The position numbers and the translations under genes were made by a program. The notes beneath the pieces were generated by a model. The model saw only the letters and a program-made list of their open reading frames with translations. It did not search any database and was not told the DNA's origin. A stretch of DNA of 63,999 nucleotides, filler included, from Aduncisulcus paluster (Eukaryota), in assembly GCA_024181965.1 (NCBI GenBank). It is 11 parts of 11 records of this genome, joined end to end, with 100 filler letters (N's around TTAATTAATTAA, not from the genome) between each part and the next. Parts side by side here need not be neighbours in the genome. Positions count along the whole stretch, not along the records: positions 1 to 16,610 come from BQXS01011501.1; positions 16,711 to 22,081 come from BQXS01011503.1; positions 22,182 to 27,180 come from BQXS01011504.1; 8 more parts are not named here. The stretch is one strand, 5' to 3'. The number at the start of each line of letters is the position of its first letter. Within the stretch, counting starts at the first letter, position 1. Below, piece after piece: positions 12,800 to 24,878 of this stretch.

Positions 12800-13464
12800 T
12801 TTTCTTTCAGATTATCCTTTCTTTTCACCACATATAACCAGATATATCCATCCGATTGTGTAAAATCATCGATATCAAAATGCCATTTGAAGATGAGCTA
12901 TTCCAGTCCTTCTGGTTCATTTCTGTTCTTTTATTTCTTCCAATGAGATATATCACCATTATTTTGAACTATGTCACAATCAATCATGCTGTTATATATC
13001 CTTTAAGTCATTCTAAACTTCCAGCAAACAACATCTTGTCCACTGATTCTTCAAAGCCTGGCTAGCTTGGCGATAATAATAATATGGATCTAAATATATA
13101 ATTATTTTATTCTATTTTATTTCATATTTGTTAACCTTTATTGATAACTTGAAGTATCATGAAAGAATCAATCCAGAAACTTTTTTTTTAGAGATATATC
13201 TCAGATATATTTATAACGATTTTGATAAGGATATCTCAGACGAATAGGAATAGAAATCTCATTGGGGAGATCTGAGATAGAACAATTTTGACGAGCAAAA
13301 AATCTGAGAGAGTCAAATAAAACAACTAATATCATGTAATAAACTCGAGTCAGAAGGGAACTAACAACGGATAAAAATATTTGCTAAAAAAAATATTATA
13401 TAATATAATTTATATTATTATCTAAAATCAATAAAATAAATCAATTGAATCTTTTAAACAAAGT

Positions 13465-15909
13465 CTAAGGTTCCTTGTCATCGCTTCCTTCCTCTTCTCC
13501 TTCCTTCTTCTTCTTCCTCCTTTTCTTTCTCTTCTTCTTCTCACCGCTCCCATCAAGACCCTCGCTTCCTTCCTTCTTCTTCTTCTTCCTCCTCCTCTTC
13601 TTCTTTTTATCTTCACTTTGATCACCATCTTCTGTCCTTTCTTTCTGTTCCTCCTCCTCTTCCTGCTCCTCCTCTTTCTTTGCCTTTGCACTAGCAACAG
13701 AGATAATCTCGACATGTTTCACAACGACACCCTCCTGGTCTTCGTCATCTCCTTGCTCTTCCTCTTCATTCAGTTCCTCTACGCCTTTGTCTTCGATATT
13801 CTTGCCATCAAGAGTGAATGTATTGGTTGAGAGCTTTGAGGAGGTCAAGCCAAGGCCAGGGTGGAGCGCAGATATGGACATACTCTCGCCCTCACTACTC
13901 TCACTCATCTCCGGGTGTGAACGAGGGAGACCACTGACAGAATTGCTACGAACACGGAGCAAACCAGAGCCATCCGCAAGGGAAGACAGACCGAGAGGAC
14001 CTGTAGCAGATGCTGAGGAGGTCAGAAGTGGGAGAGAATCTGAGGTTGAGAAAGAAAACCTACGTTGACTGTCTCGACGTTTAGCCTGGAAATCCTTGAA
14101 ACGATGGGCTAAATCATGGGGTGCGATCACACGAGAAGTCTCGAGGTTCAAAGAACCAATGCTTCTCCTTCTCCTCGACTCAGACTCAGACCCCGAGGAA
14201 CCCCTTCTCCCAAAAAAAGGATCAAACTTCCTCCTTGACGGGTTCAGAGTCGATACAATCTCCAGCTCCTCTTTATGGCCGCTTCTGAGCTGATGTTGGA
14301 TATGGGGTTGTATTTGAATGTGGGACTTCTGTTTCACCGGTCTGGATATGTGTATTCCAGAGGTGGATGGAGCAGCGGCAGAGGTTGTTTTCGAGGGAGA
14401 GATCACATCGACAGCTGAGGAAACGGCAGGGGATGATGCAGCGGTGTCTTGGCGTTGCTGAGGAGTTGAAATAGCGCCGGAGTAATCCTGCACTGGGTGG
14501 GTATAGGCATGCTTCTCACTCACACCAGTGGTCACATCATGCTGAGAACCAGTAGGGAGAGAAGTGGTAGTAGAAACGAGTGTGGATCCAACTGAGACGA
14601 CAGATTTATCGGTGGTTATTATGGTGCTATCGTCCGTGGATGTTTTCACGGCTCCAACATCCTTCTTAACAATGATTGGAGTGGCCTTTTGGGTCACAAC
14701 AAACTTAGACCCTTCCTTCTTCGTTCTCTTAATAATTGTGGCACTTCCAGCCTTTTTCCTATCAATAATCGGGACTCCACTGGATCCCCCACTTCCGATC
14801 GGGTGATAGTGCCTCTTATCCCTTCGTTCTTGGGGATAACCTGAATGCTGAAGATCTCCGCGACGGTTCTTATGTTTCCCCTGATGGTTACGTCCACGCG
14901 AGAATTGGCCTTGTTGATGCGATCCCGTGCCATGAGTGCCTTGTTGTGGTTGGTGGGTAGTATGGATCCCAGAACTCACAGTGGAGGTGAGGTGAGTCGG
15001 GGTGGCAGAGGGGGGTGCGGAAGATGTGTGAGAGGCGGGTTGTGTTGTTGGAATGGAAGGAATACCTGTGGAATAATATGATGGATTAGTAGGGACCATA
15101 TAAGTAGGATATTGATATGACGGATATTGGAACTGAGAATGCTGGGGGCTGTAATGGGGACCAACCACAGGGACATGAGGTGCCATTGAACCGGAAGCAG
15201 ATTGAACGGGCATTGATTGCATCGTTGTCACAATCGTGGGATTAACAGGAGAAGTAGGGAGATGAACATTTGGAGAAGCCATCCCCATGTCAGCAACAAT
15301 GGGAGCTGTTATAAAGGCATCATGGGGATTCTGTAAAGAATGAATAGGTTCAGGTCTATCATCTTTTGGGCGAATAGATTGACGGGAAAGGGAAGAACGA
15401 CGCTCAAGTTCCTTTTCCTTGTTAGCTGGAGAAGACTCTTCTTTTTCAGAAGAATCTCCTTTTATAATGCGTTTAGATTTAACTGGCTCCCTCATTTCAT
15501 CATAATAACCCTTTTTAGCCTCCCTATCAAATCTTTTTGCATCTTCTTCAAGTTGCTTGCGTTGCAGTGCGGTTAAATCAGCAAAATTAACTGTAGGTTG
15601 AGCAGAATAATCTCCTTTGTCAAAGCCCTCATCAATTTTCCCAGTAATTTGAGCAAGTTGTTGGAACTGATCAAAATTAGCATCTGGTCTGTCAAAATCG
15701 AGTGGCTCAGCACTTTCATCCCCGTCATATTCTTTCAATGATAATTGTGAACTCTTTTTCATGGGTTTTTGTTCGGCATAGTCCTCATCACAGGCTATTT
15801 CTTTTCCCCTACCTCCTCGCAAAGCCTTTCCTAAATCAAGAGAACTTGAGCCAGGACTGGATCCTTTGCTTGCAGGAGAGTGGTCACCCGAGTTATACTT
15901 CTTCGCCAT
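13465..15909 (-). CDS. Low-complexity protein with a possible LsmAD (ataxin-2/Pbp1-like) segment and a basic/acidic C-terminus
   Basis: ORF longer than 800 aa. NFDQFQQLAQITGKIDEGFDKGDYS...RKQLEEDAKRFDRE loosely resembles the LsmAD consensus. The product call is weak. Confidence 0.55.
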   Translation of the reverse strand: MAKKYNSGDHSPASKGSSPGSSSLDLGKALRGGRGKEIACDEDYAEQKPMKKSSQLSLKEYDGDESAEPLDFDRPDANFDQFQQLAQITGKIDEGFDKGDYSAQPTVNFADLTALQRKQLEEDAKRFDREAKKGYYDEMREPVKSKRIIKGDSSEKEESSPANKEKELERRSSLSRQSIRPKDDRPEPIHSLQNPHDAFITAPIVADMGMASPNVHLPTSPVNPTIVTTMQSMPVQSASGSMAPHVPVVGPHYSPQHSQFQYPSYQYPTYMVPTNPSYYSTGIPSIPTTQPASHTSSAPPSATPTHLTSTVSSGIHTTHQPQQGTHGTGSHQQGQFSRGRNHQGKHKNRRGDLQHSGYPQERRDKRHYHPIGSGGSSGVPIIDRKKAGSATIIKRTKKEGSKFVVTQKATPIIVKKDVGAVKTSTDDSTIITTDKSVVSVGSTLVSTTTSLPTGSQHDVTTGVSEKHAYTHPVQDYSGAISTPQQRQDTAASSPAVSSAVDVISPSKTTSAAAPSTSGIHISRPVKQKSHIQIQPHIQHQLRSGHKEELEIVSTLNPSRRKFDPFFGRRGSSGSESESRRRRSIGSLNLETSRVIAPHDLAHRFKDFQAKRRDSQRRFSFSTSDSLPLLTSSASATGPLGLSSLADGSGLLRVRSNSVSGLPRSHPEMSESSEGESMSISALHPGLGLTSSKLSTNTFTLDGKNIEDKGVEELNEEEEQGDDEDQEGVVVKHVEIISVASAKAKKEEEQEEEEEQKERTEDGDQSEDKKKKRRRKKKKKEGSEGLDGSGEKKKRKKRRKKKKEGEEEGSDDKEP

Positions 15910-16171
15910 GAGAAGTGTTACCAAACTATGTCTCAATCACAAACCAAAGAATTTTAGGAGCTCTCTGCTTGTAGTTTAATAAAACATGTTTATATTTTTG
16001 ATTTATTGGTTTATTTATTTATTTTCAGCTTATTTTTCGTCATTATTCTTCATTATCCACCAGTAAAGCTCGATTTGATGTGGCACGTTCGCGAGATCGA
16101 AAATAGGCACACATCGATTTTTCGGGGTTTTTTAACAAAGGAAGGTTTTCAACTACCGTAATCCGTCAATT

Positions 16172-16610
16172 ATGACGTTAACTGTTGGTTCGGAACGAGG
16201 CGTTTCCCTCGACCCCTACAAAGGTTTAGAACTCGAAAATATCAACAATATTATTTTATTTAACTTTTTGCTTAAAATTCTAGGTATAAATTCTGACGAT
16301 GCAAAGCGAATTTATAACCTAGACGAAGAAACATTTCGTAACTTTTATATACATGACTCAACAAGTACAAAAACAACTCTCTCAACTGTGGATTGGACTA
16401 GAAGTACCGATGAAGAAGTTTATTCCGACACTACTATGCTCCCTACACTCCCAGCACCCAAATGGCAACTTTTGTTGAAAAAGATGGAGGAAAATCCAAA
16501 GGTAAGTTACTTTTGGCACAACCTGAGACAACAATTTGGATGGAAGACGTCTATAGCGGATGCTCGTGAAAAACTATCCGTCCTGATGACTCAATGTCGA
16601 ATGGAAGCGG
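16172..16610 (+). CDS. Hypothetical protein, 3' partial
   Basis: ATG-initiated ORF running off the contig end. No motif recognised. Confidence 0.4.
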
Positions 16611-16710
16611 NNNNNNNNNNNNNNNNNNNNNNNNNNNNNNNNNNNNNNNNNNNNTTAATTAATTAANNNNNNNNNNNNNNNNNNNNNNNNNNNNNNNNNN
16701 NNNNNNNNNN
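16611..16710. other. Artificial contig linker
   Basis: N44-TTAATTAATTAA-N44, which has stops in all six frames. Confidence 0.98.
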
Positions 16711-19700
16711 AAGCAAAAGAAAGATCCTTGTATTTTTCGAAGGATATGAGAAAAAGAAGAGAGAGGAAAAAGAAGAGAGAGAGGAGAATGGAAATGAGTT
16801 TGATTGCAGAAGAAGAAGAGAAAGAGAAAGAAGAGAAGAAGAAGAAGAGAGAAGAAGAGGAGAGAAGAGGAGGAGGAGGAGGAAAGGGGAAAGATCATTT
16901 GCTTCAATCTTCCTCCTCTTCTTCTTCTGCTTTTGTAATTGGTCAATTTAAATCTCTTCGAACGAAATCAAAGCATAGAAACCCAAAATTGGACGAAGAA
17001 GAAGAAGAGAAAAGGAAAAGAAATATTTTTAAAAACTCGCATCCACATCGAAGAAAACACAAGAAACACAGAAAACATCGCAGAAAACATGTATTTCATG
17101 GTGATTCAGAACAGTCTTCTTCTTCTTCTTCTCTCTCATCCTCTTCTTCCTCCTCCTCTTCTCATTTTGATGAATATTCCGATTCATATGAATATTCTTC
17201 CTCTTCCTCTTCTTCTTCTTCTTCTTCAGAAAGTTTGAGTGCTGAATTGAATAGGATAGAATCCACACCAGAAATACATAAAAGATTGTATCGAAAAGGC
17301 ACCAAAACCAATAAGAAATCTGAGAAAGCACGAGAACTTGAAGAAGAAGAAGAGGAAGAAAGATTGAAAAATATTATCAAACGTAAAAAGGCCCAACAAC
17401 AAAAAGCCCAGCAACAAAATGAATCTGCCAGAGAAAGAGAAAAAGAGAGAGAATCAAGAATCCAAGAATTGCGCGCCACTTTAACCAAGAATGGTGGTCA
17501 TTTTGATGGAATTTGTGATGGAATCTTATTTGGAAATCCAAAGACAAAGAAAGACAGAGATAGAGTTGAATCTTATTTTTATGCAGATAAAGAAGATAAA
17601 GAAGAGAAAGTTAAAGGTAAAGAGATAAGTGAAAGGAAACAAACGAAAGAGAAAAGAGAGAGAGGGAAAAAACATAAAACCATACCACACACTTCTTCTT
17701 CCTCTTCCTCTTCCTCTTCTTCTTCCTCTTCTTCCTCTTCTTCTTCAATATCTGCTTTATCCCATACCAGTGTTAATTCAAGTGATAACAACGATATGAT
17801 GGACGATATGATGGATTTGGATGGGTTTAGAATAAGAATTCAAAGTGTTTCTGAAGAGCAAGAAGCAGAAGCAGAAGCTTTTGAAGAAGAGAGCAGCAAA
17901 TCCAACAGCAAATCCATCAACAGGAAAAAGAACAAGAAAATGGGAATAGGAATCCAACTATCCGTTCCAGACTTACACATTCATTCCCCACACGAGTCTT
18001 CCTCTTCCTCCTCTTCGTCTTCTTCCTCCTCCTCCTCCTCTTCCTCTTCTTCTTCTTCTTCTTCAACATTAAGAGGAAAGAAGAAAGGAAAAGGAAACTC
18101 AAAATCTATTAAATTATCTAAAGTTAAAGTTAAAGCTAATTCTAAACTACCTATATCAGATATAAGTCCTTCTCCAATGGCTTTAAGTCCCCGTTTCCCA
18201 TTTTCAATTGATACCAAAACCTCCACGGAAGAGGAAGAAGGCGAAGAATATTTTCACCAACGACAGCGGTATCATAATTCTAATTCTAAATATAGGGACA
18301 ATGAGAAACAGAAATACAAAAGAAAAGAAAGAAAAGAAAGAAAAGAAAGGAAAGAAAGAAAAGAAAGGAAAGAAAGAAATGTTGCTCAGAAACATGAAAT
18401 GATGGAAAGATCAGATACTCCTCCTCCTATTAATGACCCTTTCTCCAAAGACGGTACTCTCAGCCATCATAAAGATCATTCATCAGTACCTTTATCTGGA
18501 AGAACAACAGAAGATTCTATGTCACATTCTGCTTCTGCTTCTGCTTCTGGTTCTGGTTCTGCTTCAGCTTCAGCGAATTCATTATTCTTTGGCACTAATG
18601 CCGGGGCCAGTGTTTTCCATGGAACAACTTTTTCAGAAGAAAGAGAATATAAATCTGCTTTGTCAACTTCAAGAAGATCTTTGATGGCCAAAGAGAAAGC
18701 AAAATCAATATCTATAGGAACATTTCTGCGTGAGCAACAAGAAAAACGATTTCAACACCCTCGGACACGAACAGGAAAAGAATTTGAGAAAGTTCAGGGA
18801 ATTATAAATTCTTCTAAAATTGAGGAAAGAATGAAAGGAAATCACCAATCATCCTCAACTTTTCTTTGGGGAGCGGGAGCGGGAGCAGGAGCGGGAGCAG
18901 GAAAAGGAAGAGGAAAAGGAAAAGGAAAAGGAAGAGGAAGAGGAAGAGGAAGTGGACATCATCACCATAAAACAGGTCATACTTATTCTTCTTTCTCAAT
19001 ATCTATTTCTGGAATGTCTTCCCAAGCAGCTTCATTTATTGGTGGAAGTGGAACAGGAACAGGAAAACACCGAGGAGGACATGGTGGCAACAAAAAGGAT
19101 AATTCTAATCCCATGAGTATAACCAATTCACCACATAATCTCATGTTTGCTCCTGGTAAAGAAACTTTGTTACAAAGAAGATTATCAATGATCCCAGGTA
19201 TGTTACCTGGTCAAAAAAAGTCAAGAATGGCCATGTTTGATTCAGAATCTGATGAAGATTCCTCGTCTTCCCTTGTTGAATATCTTCTTGGTAATGGGAT
19301 GGAAGGATCAGAAGTTTATGAATACGAGTATGAATATTATTCCGAAGAAGAAGAACGAGAACGAGAACGAGAAGGAGAAGAATATGGATATGGACATACA
19401 GAATGGGGAAGAAAGAAGAATAAGAATAAGAAGAAGAGGAGGAGGAAAAAGAGGAAAATTGATCGGAAACAACTCAGGAAACAGAGTTTATTGGAGAAGA
19501 AAGAGAAAGAAGAAGAGCAAGAAGCTGGTGTCAGCTCTCTGATTACACATAATCTCCCTGGTATTGCCTATGAATTAACACAAAGTATTGTTGAAGTTAA
19601 TAGGTTGAGAAGAAAGGATGAAAAAGAAAGGAAGAAAGAAGAAGCAGAAGCAGAAGAAGAAGAAGCAGAAGGAGAAAAAGGAAAATATGGTCATCACCAT

Positions 19701-21390
19701 CATGGTCCAGTATCTTCTCAATTATCTATTTTTGGAACAGTCAATCATGGTATGCATGGAAACACTGCCAAGCAAAGCAAACGATATGAAGTGCATGGAG
19801 GAAAGAAGTTGAATTCAGCACATATGAGTTATCATTCAAGAAGTGAGTACAAACAAGCCAAAAGGCAAAAAAGAAGAGAGAAATCTACCTTGAAAACTTT
19901 GGAAGAAAGAAGAGGAGCCATATTGTTACCAAGATTGGCCTTATGCGACACTGTAGCTGTAGCCGAAGAAGAAGAGAGAGAAAAACAAAAGAGAAGAGAG
20001 GAAGAGGCAAGAAGAGGAAGCGTTGTTGATGTTTTATCAACTTGGGAAAGAAATAGAAGAGAATCAGTATTATCACCTCGTTTTGGCCTTGGAAGTGCGC
20101 GTGGCGGCCTTGGAAGTGCGCGTGGTGGCCTTGGAAGTGCGCGCAATTCATCTTCAGCGAGGGAGAAAGATGATCGAGGAGAAAGAAGAAGAAGAGGAGG
20201 AGGAGCTATTAGTGTGGACATGGACGATGGGAAAAGAGGAGATGAAGAGTATTCTTCCTCTTCTAAGAATGATGATGATGATTTGGAGCTAATTCAAAAC
20301 AAGAAACCTGCACGTAATGTTTGTATTTTTGTCGATTCTGTGTCATTTATGTTGAGTCTTATTCAAAATAGACAAGATGATCTGATTCGGAGAGAAAGAG
20401 TCAATCTGGCACTGAAAGCCCGTGAGAAGTCCAAATCTAATTTTAGAATTGAGGAGGAAAGCGGTTCAACCNNNNNNNNNNNNNNNNNNNNCCTTATGCG
20501 ACACTGTAGCTGTAGCCGAAGAAGAAGAGAGAGAAAAACAAAAGAGAAGAGAGGAAGAGGCAAGAAGAGGAAGCGTTGTTGATGTTTTATCAACTTGGGA
20601 AAGAAATAGAAGAGAATCAGTATTATCACCTCGTTTTGGCCTTGGAAGTGCGCGTGGCGGCCTTGGAAGTGCGCGTGGTGGCCTTGGAAGTGCGCGCAAT
20701 TCATCTTCAGCGAGGGAGAAAGATGATCGAGGAGAAAGAAGAAGAAGAAGAGGAGGAGGAGCTATTAGTGTGGACATGGACGATGGGAAAAGAGGAGATG
20801 AAGAGTATTCTTCCTCTTCTAAGAATGATGATGATTTGGAGCTAATTCAAAACAAGAAACCTGCACGTAATGTTTGTATTTTTGTCGATTCTGTGTCATT
20901 TATGTTGAGTCTTATTCAAAATAGACAAGATGATCTGATTCGGAGAGAAAGAGTCAATCTGGCACTGAAAGCCCGTGAGAAGTCCAAATCTAATTTTAGA
21001 ATTGAGGAGGAAAGCGGTTCAACCTTATTGTTTAACCAAATTGATGTATTTAAATGTGAAGCTATTTTATTACGATCAAGGCATCTAATTTTGGAAGCTC
21101 GGATGAAACGATTGAAATCTGTGATTGACATTTTTGACATGTTACGTAAAAATATGACTTCTTACCAAGTTTTGGAAAGAGATTTGAGTCGTTCTCCTTC
21201 TCCTCAACTAGAAAATATTGATTTGCCTCCTAATTTGGTGAAATTACCATTAAAACGACACAAACCACCACCTCCGTCACTGATTTTTGCCACAACTCAA
21301 GCTTACGAAGGATATATTCAAATGAAATCAAAGTGGACGAAAACGATGATGGATTCATTTGGAAGTACTCTCGATGAAAGTATAGATTGA
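16711..21390 (+). CDS. Large low-complexity (poly-S, poly-E, K/R-rich) protein, 5' partial, split by a gap with duplicated flanks
   Basis: ORF of about 1,250 codons before the gap continues in the 20422-21390 ORF after the duplicated block. Contains a 21-nt tandem repeat encoding (GLGSARG)x3. Confidence 0.7.
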
Positions 21391-21595
21391 TATATTAATT
21401 CGTTTTCCATGACGAATATGTGGATTTCCTTTAAATAATAGCTATCGCGAAAATTTTCAATATTATCTTATGAGATGGGATATCTTCCATTTTAAATAAA
21501 ATTTTTTGGAAACTCAAGTTTATACTATTGATTATTGGAGTTATAATATGTATTATTCCTTAGATCGAAATATTATTAATAGGATGTTTTCAATT

Positions 21596-21663
21596 TGCGA
21601 TTCGTCGCACTGCGACCGTCGCAAAATTGTTGCGACCGTCGCATTTCAGATTCAAATTTGCGA
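21596..21663. repeat. Cluster of GC-rich palindromes TGCGAC-C-GTCGCA
   Basis: Perfect copies at 21611-21623 and 21631-21643, a variant at 21596-21609 and a half-site at 21659-21663, all in very AT-rich DNA. Confidence 0.85.
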
Positions 21664-21816
21664 TATCCACTAATATAATTAATAAAATACATTATTTTTA
21701 GCAAAATAATTAATAAAACCCCATCTTCTACTTAAATTATATTATTTACTTTAATATATTATTGAAAACAAGCAGGGAGATTCGAATTGCTGTTATTGGG
21801 ATTAATTTGAAAAATT

Positions 21817-22081
21817 ATGCAAAAAACGTTTCCCAAACCTAATGGGAATCCAAGTGATTACCCCCACAAAACCTTTAAAATTTCAAAGTTTTCATCGGAT
21901 GGTTCAAAACTACAAAACATCCTCAAACCGGCTTCAGCTTTATCTGTGAGTGGAGCCGGATGTATGTGTGGATATTATGCCGTCTTTGGGGCACTTGGTG
22001 AGATTCCGTTGGATCAAGTAATCTCCCCCAACAACGAAACCCAATCTTGGGTAAAAAGCCGACAGAAGGTTCATCAATATT
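21817..22081 (+). CDS. Possible OTU-like cysteine protease N-terminus, 3' partial
   Basis: VSGAGCMCGYYAVFGALG...WVKSRQKVHQY resembles the OTU V.GDG.C.Y.A....L...R..V..Y motif. Confidence 0.4.
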
Positions 22082-22181
22082 NNNNNNNNNNNNNNNNNNN
22101 NNNNNNNNNNNNNNNNNNNNNNNNNTTAATTAATTAANNNNNNNNNNNNNNNNNNNNNNNNNNNNNNNNNNNNNNNNNNNN
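22082..22181. other. Artificial contig linker
   Basis: N44-TTAATTAATTAA-N44. Confidence 0.98.
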
Positions 22182-22262
22182 AATACAAACAAAATCCAGT
22201 TTATTCTAAGTCCATATCGAAATTAATAACACCAACAACTAAAACCTACCAGTACAGCAATA

Positions 22263-24413
22263 ATGTCTTTTTCTAAACCAACAACAAAGCCTTTCAGCAA
22301 AGCATGTCTTGAACAATTGAGAGTTTCTATTAAAATGACCACCTTTGAATTGATCCCACTTTATGAAAAATCTCAATCACGTCTTCAGGCCATCTTTGAC
22401 GAATACACGACACCTTCTGCAATTACATCCAATCGAGATCTCTTCGCTCTTTGTTTCGAATGTTTATCCCTGTTCGTGAAGCATAAAGTTACGAAAGAAG
22501 AAGATGGAGAAGAAGATATTGAGGTCATCCTCGATAAATCTTCCATCAAGAAGATCATTGACTCTTTCTTGCCTCAAATGATCAAAGTTGAATCTGTTCT
22601 GAGGATGAATGGAGAAATGACAAGAAGAAGAAGAAGAAGAAGAAGAAAGTGGAACAAAAGAAGCTGGCGTGAGCTCTATCACAATGTTATTGTTTAGAAT
22701 TCTAAATGTCTCTCTTGACAAAGTTGAATCCATTCGAAGCAGAATATTTCCCCAATTCTATTCTCTTCTCTCCAAAATATTAACTTTGGGTGAATACAAA
22801 AAACTTGAGAATTCTTTTGTTAATGATATCCTCGAAATATGTCGAAAAATTTCCTATTCTCATCGTAACTCCACTAAAGATTCCCTTTTATCCATTCTTA
22901 TCCGTCATATTTTACCGTGGATGAGGAGGTATCCCGACAAGAAGTTCTTTTTGCATTGGACAAACATTTTGAAGAATATCACTCTTGATGAAGATAACAA
23001 ACGCCCTCATGAAGGTCGTTCCTCACAACTCTGGTTTGTCTTCCATCCTGTCTTGGATGTGATTAAAGATACAGATTCCAAGGGTGTAACATTTGATGAT
23101 GAAGCTATCGTTCGTTGTTTATTATTCTTTGCTCATCTGAGTTGCATTCCTTCCCAAGCTATTGAAATTCATAAATGCATCAAAGATGATCTTCTTGATA
23201 GTTGGTTTGAGATGGTAAAGAAGAATAAGGAAGAAAAAGATGATAGCGCCGGTGTTAAATGCTGGTCCAAACTTGTTTCCATGCTATCAGAAATCCCCTC
23301 AATTGTTCCCCAACTTTCACCTAAATTTGATGATGAGATGTATTGGTGCATGAAAAATGGAGGATGGAGAAATTATTATTCAAGGTATCTTGGTAATTGT
23401 TTTGCTTCTCTCAAGAAATGGAAGGAATTAATTGATTCCATTAAGAAATGCTCTGATTCTGAGTCAACTGCTGAACTCTTCGATGAACATCGAGATGAGA
23501 TCCTTTCTGTATTCCTTGCATATCAATCAAAGAGTGAGATTGAAGAACATAAGAAGGAGATTATTCTTTGCTTTCTATGTTTAGAATTGTTTGTTATACA
23601 TGTTATTTCTGGAACTAATATCTATCTCCCTAATTCTGATTTGAATGATCTCATTGACATTTTCATTGATCATTTATCAAGGGTTGAGCAGGTATTGGAA
23701 GGAGATGTTGATGAAGAGTATTGTAGGATTTGTGCTGGTTATACTTTCAAAGTTAAAGATAAATGGGATTCCTTCTTACCCAAAATATCTCCCACTTTTA
23801 CTTCCAAACTTGAAGATAAATGGGATTCCTTCTTACCCAAAATATCTCCCAGTTTCCAACGTATTCTTGAGAGAGGAAGTGAGAAAAAGTTGGGAGGAGA
23901 TGTTGCTCTACAATTATTAATGACTCTCAAAAATATCTCTATTTCACCAACTTCTTCCACTCGGTATTCTATTCTCACCCTCATCAAACCATATATCAAA
24001 GATTGGTTGAGGATATACAATGATTGCAAGTGTTATGGAGAATGGATGATTATTTTATCAAAAATCACCCTCTCAAGTGATGATGAAACACCCGAAAAAT
24101 CCCTCTGTTCTGAAGCTTGGCCTCTTTTCCACCCTATTCTTGATGTTGTTAAGAAAGAGTTTGTTGGGAATAAGATTGTTGGGAATGGTCATGAAGAAGT
24201 TCTACACTTCTTCTCCAACTTATGTTGTGATCCATCGGCTGCTCAGGAAATCTATGATAATGTTGAAGGTCTTCTTGATGGGTGGTTTGCTGTTTTTAAG
24301 GATAAAGATCATATGTTGGGAATTCATAATTGGGCCAATCTTGTTTCCATGTTTTCAACTGTTTCGTCTCTTGTTCCTCTGATATCTCCAAAATATGATG
24401 AGGACATGGAGTG
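22263..24413 (+). pseudogene. Helical-repeat family member (ARM/HEAT-like), frameshifted near 22620 and truncated by a retrotransposon
   Basis: Highly similar to the ORF at 40300-42763. The frame shifts just before the GAA tract (the paralog reads EEEEGGTGEAGVNSITM). The ORF stops at KYDEDME where the paralogs continue (M[EK]WC). Confidence 0.8.
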
Positions 24414-24454
24414 CCCATGAGCACTCCATCTGTTCAGAGTACCGTTATGCATAT
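24407..24454. repeat. 48-bp direct repeat, terminal copy (B2 plus overlap with host)
   Basis: TGGAGTGCCCATGAGCACTCCATCTGTTCAGAGTACCGTTATGCATAT is identical to 24879-24926. Confidence 0.95.
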
Positions 24455-24878
24455 ATAACATTTACTAAGCCGCGATCTTCCTTCATCCTGTTCTTCCGGT
24501 TCTTCTTTTGCCACGTCTTGGTTGTCTGTGCCCGGCTGCGAGTTTGTTGCGACGTCGGGCTGCTTCTCCGATTCTTCGGATTCTTCTTCTGCTTGAGAGT
24601 CTTCTTCAGCTTCATCTTCCTTTCTTGCATTTCTTATGCGTCTTGGTGGCATGAATTTGTGCTCGCGTTTCTTGAAATGTAAACAAAGAGCACTCTCCTT
24701 CCTGTTTTCTGTGCCACCTTTCCACTCCGATCGGAGTGGATACCCCCTTGCGTTTCTCTGGTCCTCGACCTGTTTCACGGTATGTAAAATTCTTTCTGTT
24801 GTTATTAAATTTTCTTTCTACTAATTTTGTTGTTTTCGTTATTATGCCCCCTTCTTTCTACGGTATTCTGAAATACTC

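Noticed and set aside
13188-13312. Repeated ATCTCAGA/TCTGAGAT motifs as a MITE
   Set aside because: No clear terminal inverted repeats or target-site duplication could be defined.
16611-16710. Recurring TTAATTAATTAA motif in N runs (10 copies) as a biological repeat
   Set aside because: Fixed 100-nt format with stops in all six frames; it is an artificial contig spacer.
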